A stretch of DNA of 41,915 bases from Welwitschia mirabilis (Eukaryota), in contig JBOZIK010000001.1 of assembly GCA_051453625.1 (NCBI GenBank), forward strand, positions 28,538,049-28,579,963. The letters are read 5' to 3'. A program made the translations under genes and the position numbers. Below, in pieces: positions 25,997 to 38,982 of the stretch (positions are counted from its first letter, which is position 1; each line of letters starts with the position of its first letter). The notes beneath the pieces are model-generated. The model worked only from the letters and a program-made list of their open reading frames with translations. It was not told where the DNA came from and made no database searches.

Positions 25997-26929
25997 ATGT
26001 TAATTTCAAAGTCTAAGTTAACACACGAAAAAAAAAAAAAAACGCAGAAAGAAAGCATTGTTGAAAGAATAATGCTGCATTCGGAAGCTGAATGCTCTCT
26101 AAAAGTGCTACTCTTATAGTCATCAATTACCCAAAGAAAAGTTACAGCCGAAGAAGAAAATTATGAATCCAACTTGTCAAAGTTCTATGCTAACTCCTTG
26201 AATCAATCATTCTCTGTGATGTTTTTAGGTTCCAATTCATTTATGTATCGTGCATGTTATATCAATAAATTTTAATTGCATTAAAAAAATAAATAATAAT
26301 AATAAATAAAATAAATAAATAAAATAAAATAAGAAAAAGAAATGTAAAATTATCATGCTACAACTATCATCATATCTATTGTGAGGATGATTGAGAAGGT
26401 AATAGATTATAATGATAGAAAATAGAAGTATAGACTATAAACAAAAACAAAAACTAAAAACAGATAATAAAATCAAAAGCTATCAAAATAGAAAACTAAA
26501 AAAAAAATAATAAAATAAGAAAATTTTATTCAATTCCTAAATATAAAGCATACTTTATTGAAAGAAAAGAGGGAAAAAATTAAGGATCTATTTTGGTCGC
26601 AATATTTTTAGAGAAATAAGATCCAAACCAAAAATTTACTAATTAATAAAGCATAAAATGTGTACAATTATTTCCATGTAAAATCAATTGGAAGAAGAAA
26701 GGACTAATGGAGAGTACTCTATGATACCATATTAAAGCATAAATTTTGAAAGTCAAAGGGGAGAGAAATAATAACTTTGATAAAAGATTTTCATTAAATG
26801 CAAGAGTATTATTTTTAGCATGAGAAGAAAAATTATATTAAAGTGCATTAAAAATACATTTCTCATCTAAATTTAAATTATGATTTTTAATTTTTGGCTT
26901 ATGAAATGAATAATATCCCTTATAATCAT

Positions 26930-27960
26930 TCCTTCTTCATTCTTAAGTTAATCATTACAAAGCACATGCTCATTTGATTTCATCTCTCTTTCTTTAAGTG
27001 GGTGATGTTGTAGGAATAAAGTCTGTTCATATTGCTTTTAATGTTTATTTCATCATCACTTAAATCTTTCTCAACTCATTAAAGACTCTAATTGAAAATG
27101 TTCTATCTCAAAAATGATATTTAATTGTTCCTAATTTTGTATCAATGATGCAATGGGCTATTGCACAAAAGGCTCTTCCTAGAAGTAAAGGGTATCCTCT
27201 GTTATGCTTAACTTCTATGATAATCATATCTATTGGATAGCAAGCCTCTTTAATTTGAATTGCTAAATCTTTAATGACACCTAATAATTTCTTAACTAAT
27301 GTATCTACTAATGTTAAGACAACTAAAGTAGGATCTATCATATTCCCTAAACCAAATCTCTTACAAATGTGAAGTAGCATAATGTTAACACTCACTCTAA
27401 TATCTATTAAAGCTTTTTTAATATTTTTATTTCCCTCTAAAGTAACATTCACTGTGGTTGCTATATCTTTAAATTTAAGTGGTTTTTGTTACATTAAATT
27501 CATGAGATATTGTGCTAGAAAGACTTTACTAGGAATGACTCATTATTATTTTCTTCTTATTAAGTCTTTCCAAAGTTTTAAATACCCCAGATTTTATTGC
27601 AAAAGTTTTCAAAAAGNNNNNNNNNNNNNNNNNNNNNNNNNNNNNNNNNNNNNNNNNNNNNNNNNNNNNNNNNNNNNNNNNNNNNNNNNNNNNNNNNNNN
27701 NNNNNNNNNNNNNNNNAGTCTTTCCAAAGTTTTAAATACCCCAGATTTTATTGAAAAAGTTTTCAAAAAGGTAAGTTTATACTCATGTTTTTAATTAAGG
27801 CTTTAAGATGTTTATTGAAAGTTGAATTATTACTAAGCCTATTAAGCCAAGGGATGGTTTGTTGAGAAGGATTTTTATTTTTCTTAGAAATCATATTCTT
27901 TTCTCTATCATCCTAATGACATAGGGTATGAAAGTTTAATATTTTGAAATTACTTTCTTT
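26930..27960 (-). pseudogene. 3' gag plus aspartic protease of E
   Basis: ORF 27108-27452: KALIDIRVSVNIM...YPIDMIII...PLLLGRAF. Homology to pol fades shortly after the protease. Confidence 0.85.
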
Positions 27961-30900
27961 TTTATAATTTTTCTCTATTTTTATTTATAATAAACTTTCA
28001 TTTTATCTATTATTCCCATAACCAAAAGGATGATAGTTCTGTAATTTTTTTGCCTTTTTAATATTTTTTTACTAAAATAAATTAATTATCATCCTTTCTA
28101 TTGTTCACATGATAGTCTAGACAATGGTCTGCTAGAATTTCTATAGTTTTCAATTCTTTTTTTTAATGTGATCATCATTCTCCCTGTCATCCTCATGGCA
28201 AGTTGGATGATAGTCTACTATTTTTTATTTTAGCTTTTTGTTAGTTGTGTGAGCATGCTAGGATATGGTGAATTTGGTTAAGAAGACAAAAAATATCAAA
28301 GAGAATAGATCCTAATTAAAGAAAACATTAGAGAAGGATTACTTAACTTTAAGATAAATACAGGTACACACACCGCAGGTATGCAAATTTCTAGAATTGA
28401 AGAAGAAGATTTTTTTACTTTTCTTGTTTCAAAATTATATTTTGTAAAAGAAAATTACAATTTAAAAATCAATCGTATTGTTTCTTCAAATATGTCAAAC
28501 GTATCAAAAGCATCATAAAAGTCAAAGCAAGTTACTTCATCTAATGCCCCAATCATAATAGGGACTTCTTCCTCAAATGCAAACATTACTCTTAGGGATT
28601 TAGTTGCTAATTAAAAACATGAAATTTAAAATCCTTTTGATTTACCTCCTAGAGATGATGTAGAATTAGGAAATTTAATTGCTTATACAACTTTTTCGAG
28701 GGACCTAGAGGAAGATCCTTTTCAACATTTAGTTGATATTGAACAACTTATCCTTATCTTAGGAAATGGAAAAAAGCATATTAGTGACTAAATTTACATG
28801 ATCATTTTTTTAGTTATCCTTGGAGGAAGAGCAAAAGTTTGGCTCAAAATCATCCTACATAAAAACCTTAAATCATAAAGTCAAGTGTAATAAGTATTTA
28901 TTAAAAGATTTTTAAGTGAGAGTTTTATGAGGGAGAGAAGAAAAGAAGTAATCAACTTTCAACAACAAACTCATGAGGATTATTCAATAGCCTATGAACA
29001 TTTTATAATCACTAGCATTCCAACCCTATTGATGAGTTTCATAAAGAAGAGATAGTAGATTATTTTTACAATGGATTGAATGCTTTAATAAAATAACTTA
29101 TATATTTTTCTTATGAAAGTAACTTATTAAATTTAGGCCTAGATGATGATTAGAGTGTTCTAGAAAATTTGGTAAAAATAATCTAAACTTGGTCTAAATC
29201 CACTAAATAAAATTGCACTATAAGATAAATTCTAAAAGATTTAAAAGAAGTGAAGCACGAAAAAGAAGAAGAAATAAAGGATTAAACCAACCTAATGAAA
29301 AATTACTACTACTTTGAAGAAATATACTAAAATGATAATTGATGCAAAAGTAGTAAAGAATGAAATTTTAACTTCAAATTGTGAACTCTTTGAAGATGAC
29401 TCTCATCCAACAAAAGATTGTCTTTTATTACCAACTTGAAAAGAAAAAATGTTTGAGGAAGTGTATGCCTTCAACAAAAGAACATCTAACTTTAAAAATC
29501 AACCACAATTCTAATAAAGACTAAGAGGAAAATTTCAATGAAAATCATTTAAAAATAGATTCAAGAATTCCAACTTTGAACCTAATTTTCAAGAAAATCT
29601 AAATGATTCCCTTAGATAATCCATAGAAGAAATAAGAAAAGTGCAAGAAATAACTAATAACAACATTAAAAACCTAGTAAATGTCCTTTAAAAATAATGT
29701 TTACTAATTAAAGACAACAAAGGTCTTTTACATCTCAACCGATGCACAACCTTAATGAAGTTAGGAGAGGCTTAAAAATCATGACAAGAAGTGAAAAGGA
29801 TATAACAACTCCTTCCTATGAGGTTTCAACTTCTAAACAAAATAAAGAAACAAATGAGGAAGATGATGTAAAAATATTAGACTCTTATACCCTTCCATCT
29901 GCATCATCTATTAAGGCATTCACTGAAAATAATTCAAAGAAAAACAAAAGAAAGAAACAATCCATCCCTTGGGTTGATAGATTGAACACAAATCCTACCT
30001 TTGATGAACACTTGAAAGTCTTGATGCAATACGTTAATACCAACATTTCCTTTTGGAAATTCTTGCAAGAAAATCCCAAATATTCTAAGTTATGAAAAGA
30101 TTTAGAAAAAGAAAGTAAAAACATATTATTCTTAGCAAAGTTTTTCTTGCCAAATCTCTTTCAAACTTAGTCATTGAAAAATGTCCTAAATTCAAATACC
30201 CTAAGGCTACAACTATAAGTGTTATCTTAGAAAGAAACAAAAGAATTTAAAAAGCTTTGATTGACATAGTGAAATTATAAATATCATGCCTCTTCACATA
30301 TGTGAAAGACTTAGGTCAGAAATTAGTGTTGGACCTACACCTATCCTCTTAGAATTAGCTAATACCTCAATTAAAAGACCATTAGGAAATATCAAAGATG
30401 TAGTTATCCAAATTAAGGAATCTTTTTATCCCATTGATGTTGTCATAATTGAGATAGAACATGATGGAGGATATCCACTACTTTTAGAAAGAGCCTTTTG
30501 TGTAACTTCCCATTCTATCATTGACACATGATTTGGCATGATGAGATATCATTTTAATAACAAAGAAATTACCATTAGAGTCTTTAATACTACTAAGAAG
30601 GACATAGGAATTGAGTTTAATATTAAAGATGAATTGAAACCAACCTTGTTTTTATAACATTGACTAATAAAAAAGAGATTAATCATGCTATATGAACCAA
30701 CTTTGTATGATGATCCCACTGAAACAAACTGTCTTGAGTCTAAGGATAGAGAACATAAAGAATGAGAATAAGCTAAACATCTTTAAGTCTTCTGGACACC
30801 TAAAGACTTATATGTCATTCCTATTTGCATAGTTCAATATAAAATTTATCTTAAAGATAATGATAAACCTATTAGGAAACCCAAAAGAAGACTAAATCTA

Positions 30901-31420
30901 GTCCCTAAATAAATCATCAAAGATGAAATCATTAAACGTATGGATACTGGAACTATATATGCCATAGCTGATAGTGAGTGGGTTAGTCCATTAATAGTAG
31001 TTCCAAAAAAGATGGGGGAAGGGGGGGAGAGGGGAATGAAGAATGTGGATTAATTTTATGAAACTTAATGAGGTCACTAAAAAAGATCATTACCTTTATC
31101 CTTTCTTGATCAAGTTCTTGATAGTATCTAAGGTTATGCCTATTATTGTTTTCTTGATGGGTATAGTGGCTATAATAAAATTTTCACAGTAAGAAAAGAC
31201 CAAGATAAAACTACTTTTACATATTTCTTTAGAATCTTTACCTTTAAACAAATACCCATTGAACTTTGTAATGCCCCTAAAACCTTTTAAAAAGCCATGA
31301 TGGAAATCTTTTTTGACATGATAGAAGACTCTATTGAAATCTTTATGGATGACTTCTACATCTTTGGGGATAATTTTGAATAAAGTATAATGAAATTAGA
31401 AAAAGTTCTAAATTGGTGTT
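27960..31420 (+). mobile_element. Fragment D: LTR-less internal piece of an A/F-type element, inverted relative to E
   Basis: Leader matches ~34230-34440; gag starts at ATG 28255; homology ends in RT at ...aaagttctaaattggtg. Confidence 0.8.
28255..31420 (+). pseudogene. gag-pol: gag-protease-partial RT of D
   Basis: EEDPFQHLVDIEQL, FYPIDVVII, ADSEWVSPLIVVPKK, YYCFLDGYSGYN, IEIFMDDF; ~0.2 kb deletion near 30780 relative to F. Confidence 0.88.
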
Positions 31421-32326
31421 ATTAACTATTTAATGAGTTGGCCTATAGTTGGATTTTCTTTAAGAGTTGACCAAGTTTAACTAACCTCTACAAGTTCTTT
31501 TAATTTTGTTTAAGCATCATCTAGTGTAAGGTTTATGAGGTTTCTTTCATAAGAAAAATCTACAAGTTATTTTGTATGTGGAGTTAGCTCACTATAGAAC
31601 TAGTATATTAGTCGTGTTAGTGAAAAACCGTCTACTAGATTGGAATGGTAGGCTACAAAGAATATCTCATAAGTGGAGGCATAGTCTTCACTTGTTTTTT
31701 TGTTGAAAGTTTATTACCTCTTTTTTTATTTTTCTTATGGTTTTTCACTCATGAATATTCTAAAAAAGGTTTTTTTGACTTGATTCAATGTTTTTAAGAT
31801 TTTGTAGGGTATGGTTTTTAGCCAATATTTTGCCTTATGCTTTAACATTATGGGAAAGATTACCATATATGTTCTATCAGTTATTTTTTTCTTCCCATTT
31901 CTTGACGTATAGATTAGTGGTTCAATATGTGCAATGTATTAAAGGGATTGTCATCATCTTCTTCACTAAAAGTTGGGTAGGTGTTTAGGTTTTTAAGCTT
32001 AACATCATCTTCAAAGGTAGATCAAAAGATGTTTAAGTCTCTTATTTTTTATTAGCTAACAATTCTCTAAAGATGAGGTTTACATTAGGGGTAGAAGTTC
32101 TTATGACATATTTTTACTTGTGGGATGCACTTGACATTGTAAATTGATTCTCTTCTTTCATAAGAAAATTTGATTTGGAAAAATAAATTAAAAATAAGGT
32201 TTGAGTGCACCTAGAAATTGCTTTTTTTACTCATTTTCTATATCCATTAGTACTTCTTTAATGTTCTTTTCTATTAGCAGCATTTCTCTTTAATATTTAT
32301 TTTCAATGTTGATCATATTATAGCAT
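31420..32326 (-). pseudogene. gag: 5' gag of E
   Basis: Reverse complement is colinear with gag of A and D (e.g. DDVKLKNLNTYPTFSEEDDDNPF). Confidence 0.75.
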
Positions 32327-32794
32327 TCTATAAACAAAAAATAATAGAAAAAAGATAAAAAATAATAGACCCTCATCCTATTTCTCATGAGGATGATAAA
32401 AGGAACAACACACACAAAAACTATAAAAATAAAAATAGAACAAAAACTGAAATAGAGAGAAGAAAACTTAGAAAATAAGATTGTCATCCACTTAGTTGTC
32501 TAGATGTTTTAGAAGATTATAGAAACTAATTTATTATAGAAAAATTAAAATTCAAAAATAAAACTAAGAACAAAAATTGCACACTATATTCCTATCTATT
32601 AAATGGACAACAGAGGAAACGACCATTAATTTTTATAGAAAACTAAAACTAAAAAACTACACATAGAAAACCTACAGCTCTAATAAAATACAACATTGCT
32701 ATAGATAAATAATCAAATATAGGTCTAATATACTGACCTGAATAGCAATAACCCTTTTACTCCTTGATAGCATTTCTCAATAATGATGTTAATT

Positions 32795-33870
32795 TTCTAT
32801 AGTGTATATTTATGCAAGTGCTTAAGTTTAGAAAGATTTTATCATTCATAAAATAAATAGATATTTTATAGAATACAACACATTAGTATGAGTAGGAGTA
32901 GACTCCAAATGTCTTATTTACATTGAAGTCTATAAGATAAGACTTAAGTTGCTTTACGAAAGAACATAGGAACTAGAAATAAAGGACAAATGCAAGGAAA
33001 TAAAGTATAATGTATAATGCAAGATGCAAGTATTTTAAATGCAAATGCAAAATGTAACTAATACTACTTGCTTTTAGCTTTAATAAAGGTTGCTCCTAAT
33101 ATTCTATATCATCTAAGAAATTATCACCACATCAAGGGCAACATACACTATAAGGGTTATCAAAAAATCTATGATGCAAACATAAAAAAAAAAAAAGGTT
33201 TTATATTAAGAAGTAACAAGCATCTAAATTACAAAATAGCTAATACTCAATGGAGAATACACAACCCTTCATTAAATGCACATCTTTCTACAACTCTTAA
33301 GATGGAACTTCCACCTTCAATCGCTTGTCATTTTGCTACAATAAAGATGAAGAGGAGAATTAAAGGAGAACTTATTTATAGGGAAATACAATAGAAAAAG
33401 ATAAATAGAAAGCATAGTAAGGTGAACTTATTTATAATTCAGAAATAGAAAAAATAGTTAAGGATCACTATTAGAGTCAATTACATCTTAGTGTCATCTT
33501 GACTGTTATTTAGATGATAAGAGGAATGATAGCATATTATAAAATATTACTCAAAATGATAACATAGTAGTGATTTAATAGTCCACATCAACAGTCACCA
33601 TCTTATCTGTCATGGGAATAATGAAGGAGACGACGATTTTCTTTAATCATTTTCTTAAGGAGAAACTTATTATTTTTATCAATAATCATTCTCCGTATCT
33701 CTCTGTATTAGAATATGCCTTTAATACATCAAATCTGAGTAATAATCACATATTTCCAAGATTTCCTATTAAATCTTCAAAATCCTTAGAATTAAACCTA
33801 AACTTATATAACAGTCTTGCAAAACAACTGATAAAAACCCATAAAATAACCACAAATTAATAACATAATA
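32795..33870 (-). repeat. 5' LTR of E
   Basis: Direct repeat of 20951-22003; TATA (rc of cttatttatagg) at ~33371. Confidence 0.9.
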
Positions 33871-33978
33871 GACATTTGGATTAACTTCTATCTATACTAG
33901 TGTATGCTTTTCTGCAAGTATTATGATTTATATATTTGTCTAGAGTACTTAAGAATTACATAAATTTACACTACAACA
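33871..33978 (+). repeat. TSD copy plus right part of the 5' LTR of F
   Basis: gacatttggattaac...tttacactacaaca matches the last ~105 bp of the LTRs ending at 11658 and 41912. Confidence 0.88.
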
Positions 33979-33999
33979 TTTTGATGCCATTGCCATGGA
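33979..33999 (+). promoter_or_regulatory. PBS of F (tRNA-Asp, Athila type)
   Basis: ttttgatgccattgccatgga versus the Athila PBS TTTTGGCGCCGTTGCCGGGGA, directly after the LTR-terminal CA. Confidence 0.75.
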
Positions 34000-34439
34000 A
34001 GGCCGTAATAAGTTGGAGGATTGTCACTGTCGAAATAAGTACCTTAAATTTCTATTTAGGTTATCTATTTAAAATAGTACTTTATTTTTAGCATATCTTA
34101 GAGTAGGTTGATGTGAATAATTTTAACTTACCATAATTTTTAGGATCCTTGTCATTTACTCTATTGTCATAATGATATTAGGAATCTCAAGTCTAAAAAA
34201 TTTTGAATTTATTTCATATTTTGCATATTTCCTTTTTGTTTGAAAACTAGTAATAAAGGTATTATCGTCTTGTATTTCATCCCCATGATAGCATAGATGA
34301 CAGTTTAATTTTTTTATTTTTTGTAATTTTTCTCTAGTTTGGTTTTCTACTACTATGGTTATCATCTTCCTATCATTCACATGACTAGGTGGATGATAGT
34401 CTATTATTTTTTATTTTATTTTCTATTTTCTATCTGAGC

Positions 34440-37400
34440 ATGTAAGGATATGATAAATTTTAGTAGAAAGATGAAATACTAGAGAGAGTGGAAATTAATT
34501 AAAGAAAATATCGAAGTAGGATTTTAGATTCTTAGCAAAATCTATGTATGCACAACCTAGATACATAAATTCCCAAAATTAAAGAATAATATTTTTCTAC
34601 TTTTACTATTTGAGAATCAGATTTTTAAAATAAAATTATATTATAGAAGTAGATCATGTCATTTCTTATTCAAATATGTTAAATATGTCAAAATCATTAT
34701 GAAAACAAAAATAAGTTACTTTATCTAACTTCTACTATGAATGCAAATATTATTTAGAGATTTAATTGCTAATAGAAAATGTGTAATCCAAAATACCTTA
34801 ATTTATCTCCTATTAATGATGTATAATTAAGAAATTTGGGTGCCTATCCAACATTTTCAGGGGAACCTGAGGAAGAACCTTTTCAACATTTAGTTAACAT
34901 TGAACAACTTATTCTTACCTCGAGAATTGAAAAAAATATATCAGTAATCATATCTATATAATTATTTTTTTAGTCATCCTTTAAGAACACAAGAGTCTCC
35001 TACATCTCAATCTTTACCCAATTAAAATGAAGTCAAAAAAGATTTAAAAGTAGTAATAAGAAGTAAAAATGATATAACACCTTCTACCCTTGAGGTTTCA
35101 ACTTCCAAAAACAATGAAGTGAATAAAGAAGATGATGTATAAATTTTGAAACCCTATAACTTTTTATCAACATCACATACTAAAACCTTTACTAAAAATA
35201 ATTTACAAGCAAATAAAGGGAAGAAATCATCTACTCCTTGGTTTGATCACTTAAATCTAAATCCTACCTTTAATGAACACTTAAAAATCGTAATGCAAGA
35301 GGTAAACATCAACTTGTCTTTTTGGAAATTCTTGCAAGAAACCCTAAATATTCTAAGATGTGGAAGAATCTAATGAGAAGAAAACAAAAAATGTACCATT
35401 TATAGCAAAGTTTTTCTTGCTCAATTTATTTTCAACATAAACACAAAAAAGTATCCTAAATTTAAAGATCCTAGAGCTACAACTGTGAGTGTCACCTTAG
35501 AAAAAAATAAAAGAATTTAAAAAAAATTTAATTAACATAGGATCTAGTCTGATCATCATGCTTTTCCACATATGTAAGAGACTTGGGTTGGAAAATAGAA
35601 TAGAACCCATATGAATTATCTTAAAATTGGTTGATACTTCAAGTAAGAAACCATTAGGGATTATCAAGGACCTAGTCATCCATATTGAAAAATCCTTTTA
35701 CCCAATAGATGTTGTCATCATTAAGTTAGATCATAATGGAGAAAATCCTTTTGTGCAATTACCCATTGTATCATTGATACATAAACTAGAACGATGAGAT
35801 CTAATTTTGACAATAAAAAGTTTACTATTTAAGTATTTGATACTACTAAAAAGGACACAGGAGATGAGTTTAACTTAGAAGAAGAATTGAAACCAATCTT
35901 GTTTTTATAACATTAACTAATTAAGGAGAAATTGATCATGTTACATGAATGAACTTTATATGTTAATCCAACTGAAACACACTATCTTGAGTTTGGGGAT
36001 GAAGAACACATTAACTGGGGAGAAACTCAATGTATTCATTTGGTAGATAAGCTTTTTGTAGAGTGTCATACCATGTGTTTTGTTCCCATAATAGATGGAA
36101 AAATAGCTAAAAACATTATTCTAGAACTAAAGAATTTACCCCAAGGTTTAAAATATTTTTCTATATGATAATCAAATGAAACCCTTGATAATAAGTAATC
36201 TTTTGACTCCTCAATAAGAATCCATCTTGATCTCACTCTTAACTTCTAATAAAATACCTTTACTTGGATTTATAAAGACTGGTTTGACATTCTTATTTCT
36301 ATAGTTTAACCTAAGATTTACCTTGAAGATAATACTAAACCTATTAGGCAATACTAAAAAAGGCTCAACCCAGACATTAAGCAAATAGTTAAAGATAAAA
36401 TTGTTAAAATTATAAATGTTGGGATCATATATGTTTTATCTGATAGTGAGTGGGTTAGTCCTTTGATAGTAGTTCCAAAAAAGAGGGAAAAATGGATAAT
36501 GTGTATTAATTTTAAAAACTTAATAATGTCATTAAAAACAATCACTGTCCTTTACCCTTTCTTGATCAAGTGCTTGATAGAATCCAAGTTCATGCCTACT
36601 GTTGTTGTCTTAATGGTTATAGTGGCTATAATCATATTTGTACAGGAAGTAAAGAGCAAGATAAAACAACATTTACCTCATCCTTTAGAATTTTTTCCTT
36701 TAGATAAATGCCCTTTCAAAATTACAACTCCCTTAAAACCTTCTAATGAGCTATGATGGGAATTTTTTTTGACATAATAGATGACTCTATTATGTCAGAA
36801 AAATTTCCTGACTCTATTAAAATATTTATATATGAATTCTTTATCTTTGATAAAACTTTTGAATAAACCATATAAATATTAAAGAAAGTTTGGAATTGAT
36901 AAATATAGATTGACTTACATTTGAGTTGGAAAAAGAGTTTTCTCCTTATCAACCATGAAATTATTTTAGGACATCACATTTTGAAGGAAGGGATTAGGAT
37001 GGATCCTATAAAAGTTGATATCATTAAAAACCTTAGCCCTCTAAGTAATGTAAAATAAGTTAAATCATTCCTTGATCATGCTAGTTTCTATTATCATTTT
37101 TTAATGATTATGCTAAAATTCATAAACCACTTTACTCCTTACTTAAAAAAGATGCTAAATTTGATTAGAATTATTCATGTCAATTTGCATTTGAAACTCT
37201 TAAGGAAAACGTTTATTTTGAACCTATCATCATGGGCCCTAATTAGAATAAAGATTTTAAACTTATGTGTGATGTAAGTAATATTGTTGTAGCTGGGTTT
37301 CTTTGCTAAAAATATGAAAATAATTTTAAAGTCATATCCTCTCTTAGTAAAACTTTGTTCCAAGTCCAATCCAAATATATCACTAACAAAATAGAAATGC

Positions 37401-38982
37401 TTGCCATTATATTTTTTCTTGATAATTTTTGATATTATCTTTTTAGTTTTCACAATAATGTTTACACTGATGATGCAGCTATTATCTATATTATGGCTAA
37501 CAAGGATTCTAGTGTGAAACTTATTAGGTGGATCCTTATCATGCAAGAATTTAATCTTACAACCATTAATAAGGTTGAAAAACATAATAGTATTATAGAT
37601 CATCTATCTTAACTATCTTCTTCTCATGATAAACCTCCCATAAACAACTCTTTTCTTAATGAATAACTCATTGCTATAGAGTAACTTTGTGTCATATCTT
37701 ATACTTATCCCAATACTTGGTATGCTAATATTATAAACTACCTTGTTACTTTAAAAATACCTTTACATTAAAACCTTAATCAATATAAAGACCAAATCAT
37801 AAATAAGTATGTGCTTGAGTGGAAAAGCCTAGAAATATAAAAACTTTATCATGGTAAAGTATGTGGGGAATATTTTAGTGGTCAAAAATCTATCATGAAA
37901 ATTCTTCACTATGGTTTTTATTAGTCTATGCTTTTTAACAATTCATTTAACTTTACTAGAAGATGTGATGAATTTAAATGTTATGGTAATCTAATTAGAT
38001 CTTACGATATACTGCTTAAACCTATACTTGAATGTAAACCTTTTGATTATTGGGGGATTGACTTTGTATGCCTGATTACACCACCTTTTCATAATAAAAA
38101 TTATATCCTAGTAGTTATTAATTATGTTACTAAGCGGGCAAAAGCTATCCCTACTATAAAAAATGATGTCCAAACCATTTTCAATTTTGTTCAAACTCAT
38201 ATCTTTCAATGTTTCAGTTTTTCATAAATCATTATTAGCAATCAAAAAACTTATTTCATTAATTACCTTTGTTAAAAACTTCTTTTATCCATTAGTATTA
38301 AACATAGAATTGCATCTGCTTATCATCCTCAAACTAATGGCCAGGTCAAAAACGCAAATAGAGAAATTAAAAAGATGCTTAAAAAATTAGTCTCTATTAA
38401 TAGGAAGACATGGTTATCTATACTTAATGATGTTGTTTAGGCTTACTGTATCACTTGGCATAACTCTCTAGGTTTCTTTCCATATGAACTTGTATATGAA
38501 AAACTTTGTATCTTCTCAGTTGATGTTTGGTATAAATCCTATCGATCCATCCTTTAACTTAACCTTGTACACTTGAACAAAAATCTTTAAACTTAATTAG
38601 TACAACTTGATCATTTAGATGAAAAACATACTTATTTCTTACATTATCAACTCATTCATAAAGCTAAAGCCAAGTTTAGACATATTAAAAAGATTATTCA
38701 TATGTAATTTGAACTTGATCAACTTGTTATTTTATATAATACCCCAGTACACCTTTTATATAACAAGTTAACTTCTAAATGGTTAGGTTATTTTTTATAC
38801 AGAAAGGACATTTAAATGGCTTAGTTAAAATATTTAATCCAAAAACTAGATAGATTCAAAAAGTTAATGAATAAAGGTTAAAAATTTATAAGTCATCTTT
38901 TGGTAAAACCTTAAATATGATATAAGCACTTGTCTTGGAAGCCCCTCTCAATGAGGAAGACATTCCTCTTGTTATTATCTAA
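34440..38982 (+). pseudogene. gag-pol: gag-pol of F with a gag deletion near 34980
   Basis: YPTFSGEPEEEPFQHL, SDSEWVSPLIVVPKK, FKLMCDV, KLIRWILIMQEFNL, PFDYWGIDF, AYHPQTNGQVKNANREIK; stop at 38980. Confidence 0.92.

Larger units (their letters stand above)
20951..33870 (-). mobile_element. Element E: minus-strand Athila-like relative, apparently non-autonomous (gag-PR, no own RT/RH/INT)
   Basis: Paired LTRs 20951-22003 and 32795-33870, PPT, decayed PBS at ~32775-32794, flanked by gatat (20946-20950) and gacat (33871-33875). Confidence 0.8.

Noticed and set aside
25086..26058. Long ORFs of 250-305 aa in the ORF track (also 19616-19834 and 27382-27794)
   Set aside because: They are open only because they run through N gaps.
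26283..26340. (AAAT/AAT)n tract
   Set aside because: Ordinary low-complexity microsatellite.
21427..33860. Similar small ORFs at 21427/21718 and 33068/33612
   Set aside because: They lie antisense within E's paired LTRs; the similarity reflects LTR duplication.
33979..33999. tRNA-like sequence
   Set aside because: Only the PBS complement; no cloverleaf.
766..37603. Short minus-strand ORFs over pol regions (766-978, 13587, 14602, 15769, 16179, 29885, 35497, 36354, 36743, 37175)
   Set aside because: Antisense shadows of decayed retroelement coding sequence with no independent motifs.
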